Below the pieces are notes generated by a model that was not told where the DNA came from, did no database searches, and saw only the letters and a program-made list of their open reading frames with translations. A program made the translations under genes and the position numbers. 64,000 bases of DNA, from positions 24,366,001 to 24,430,000 of the forward strand of contig OX597823.1 of NCBI GenBank assembly GCA_951406725.2, read 5' to 3'. How positions within the stretch are numbered: position 1 is the first letter of the stretch; each line of letters opens with the position of its first letter. This document shows positions 62,267 through 64,000 of the stretch, one piece after another. Origin of the DNA: Octopus vulgaris. Lineage: Eukaryota.

Positions 62267-62434
62267 TTGTCACAAAAGTTGATTGTGGAGCACCAAAAGT
62301 TGTTGTTGGTGCATCTAAATCCTACAATACTACTAACTACAAATCTGAAGTGATCTATACTTGTCAAAAAGGAGAAATATTAAAGGCAACATGTAAAGAG
62401 AACAGGAAATGGTTTCCAGTAGTGTCTTGTAAAG
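62267..62434 (+). CDS. Exon C5: sushi/CCP domain (VTKVDCGAPKVVVGASKSYNTTNYKSEVIYTCQKGEILKATCKENRKWFPVVSCK)
   Basis: ttacag| ... AAG|gtaatg, 168 nt (one codon shorter, frame preserved). Closest to C3. Confidence 0.88.
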
Positions 62435-64000
62435 GTAATGTAAATAGGGTCTTTCTTTTTGACTCTGCCTCAGTAATTTTGTTTTAGCTTTGAGTTCCAA
62501 GTTTATGTCAGAGGAAGTCTGACTTTGTCCATGAAAATTTGCATTGTGTTTGTAATTGGTAGGAGGGTGAGAGCTAGTTATCCTCAGATCAGAGATGTTT
62601 CTAAATGCTTGCAACACAGTGTACTTCATTAAAGATATTTAAGAGCCAGGTAATGGTAATAATTTGGTTGATGGGTTAAGTCTTCACCAAAGAACAGAAA
62701 GTGAGGAAGTGCATTCTCTCCTTCAGGTTTCTGCTAGTCTCTATCCACCACTAAATTTCATCCACAATGCATAGTTGTGAATCAGAATTTTAGCAACACA
62801 GCCACAAGTCTACAGAATATGATATTCTTGTTAAGTACACTTATTACTTCCATGAATATACCTCGGCTTAGTTTTGGAGTTTTTCTCTTAATTTTTAACT
62901 TAACCTTTCTCGTCCAGTCTTTGTTTCATCCTCTGAAACACTGTACAATACAATGCACTGAATTTTTATTTACTAGAATTCAGCAATCATCCAAAATTTC
63001 TGATACTCTAATGGTCCATTCCACCATCCTAAATTGTAATGAAACAAATAATAATTATGGTTTCTGATGGAAAAAGAGCCAGTACTTTTGTATAGAAAAT
63101 TGTTAGTCAGTATCCTTACATCCAATACTGGACTACTGTTTTGTGTTGTTGACTCACCCCTTACAAGAATGAAATGTAAAGTTAACATGGGCTGGATTTC
63201 AACTGCAAACAATAAAATCCTGAATACATCCCATAAAAAATCACTTCCAAAGCTCTAATTTGTATACATGTATATATTTAATATAAAAATGAGAACGATG
63301 GTGTGATTTTCTAGAGTGTTGAAGAATCTTTATCTAAAACTAATTGAAGAAACCCACTGTCAAAGACCACCATGAACTCCAAGAAGTGCCCTCTCCATTT
63401 AATATTCTTTGACCAACAGGTTTTAAGCAGTGTTGGACCCATCCACCCTCAGGTCACTTTCAATAATTTTCCTTTAGGAGAATATCTTCCTATCCATCCT
63501 CATCAACTTTACAAGTGAAACTTTAAAAATACAGATTAGGGATTATCTAAAGAAGAAAGTTCCTATTGTCAGACCCTTGAATCACATCCATCACACAACT
63601 GCTTTTGCTATAGCTAGCAGACAGAGGAAAATGAACTTTTCTACTTGGTTAAAAGAGGATGTGAGGCAGTCATAATAATGGACTTGAATAACAGCTGGAT
63701 CTGTCTCACACATGATACCTGCTGTTTGACATAAATTTACAAGTCAATAATGCCTGGACATTGAACAAGTGCATATAAAATTAATTTGTTCCACTGTGAA
63801 CATCTTGAACAGCACTGTCTGTTAGAATTTCTATGACTACATTTTATTTTGGTTTCATAGACCTATTTGATAACACTACCAAGGGCTACAGGAAGTTTCC
63901 CATAGTATTCCATGGCCAAGAAGTTCTTTGAAACAAACTTCCCACCTCATTCTCATCAAACCCCAGAATATCGCTGAGAATATCAATGATCTTCCCCTCA

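Larger units (their letters stand above)
1156..62434 (+). other. Span of a large multi-exon gene encoding a tandem PAN/apple + sushi(CCP) extracellular protein (internal portion, 13 exons, 917 codons; both ends outside window)
   Basis: 13 exons with canonical AG/GT, all phase 1-1. Junction codons (CCC,GTT,GCT,GAT,CCT,GTT,GTT,TCT,GCT,GAT,CTT,GTT) create no stop. Cys spacing is conserved across paralogous exons. Confidence 0.88.

Noticed and set aside
1156-62434. Dscam- or protocadherin-style arrays of mutually exclusive exons
   Set aside because: Exon types are interleaved (ABC repeats) rather than clustered by type, which fits constitutive concatenation. No docking/selector sequences seen. 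Only C1/C2 remains a candidate.

Overview
AT-rich, repeat-dense eukaryotic DNA. The SINE family, RTE LINEs with (GAT)n tails and abundant (TA)n microsatellites point to an octopus or other coleoid cephalopod; this is inferred from repeat recognition, not from a search. The whole window lies inside one large + strand gene. I could read 13 internal exons, all bounded by AG/GT, all phase 1-1, all a multiple of 3 in length and free of stops. They encode three module types: PAN/apple type A (240 nt, x4), PAN/apple type B (234-237 nt, x4) and a compact sushi/CCP domain C (168-171 nt, x5), in the order A-B-C-C-A-B'-C-A-B-C-A-B'-C. Spliced together they give 2751 nt (917 codons) with no start, stop or TM segment, so the gene extends beyond both edges. 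The array is two copies of a ~31-kb higher-order unit, with co-duplicated intron sequence. The introns hold RTE LINEs (one with a near-intact ORF), R4/Dong-like LINE fragments, Penelope-like remnants with hammerhead ribozyme motifs, Helitrons, Tc1/mariner remnants and SINEs. Highlights: (1) the modular PAN-PAN-sushi gene itself; (2) a repeat copy with about 29 unidirectional A-to-G changes on the ribozyme-bearing strand, resembling an ADAR-hyperedited RNA written back into DNA; (3) a Helitron containing an intact zinc-knuckle ORF1 that ends in a consensus splice donor in frame with the next PAN exon; (4) inverted LINE pairs and fold-backs around symmetric exons. All alignments and counts were done by eye.
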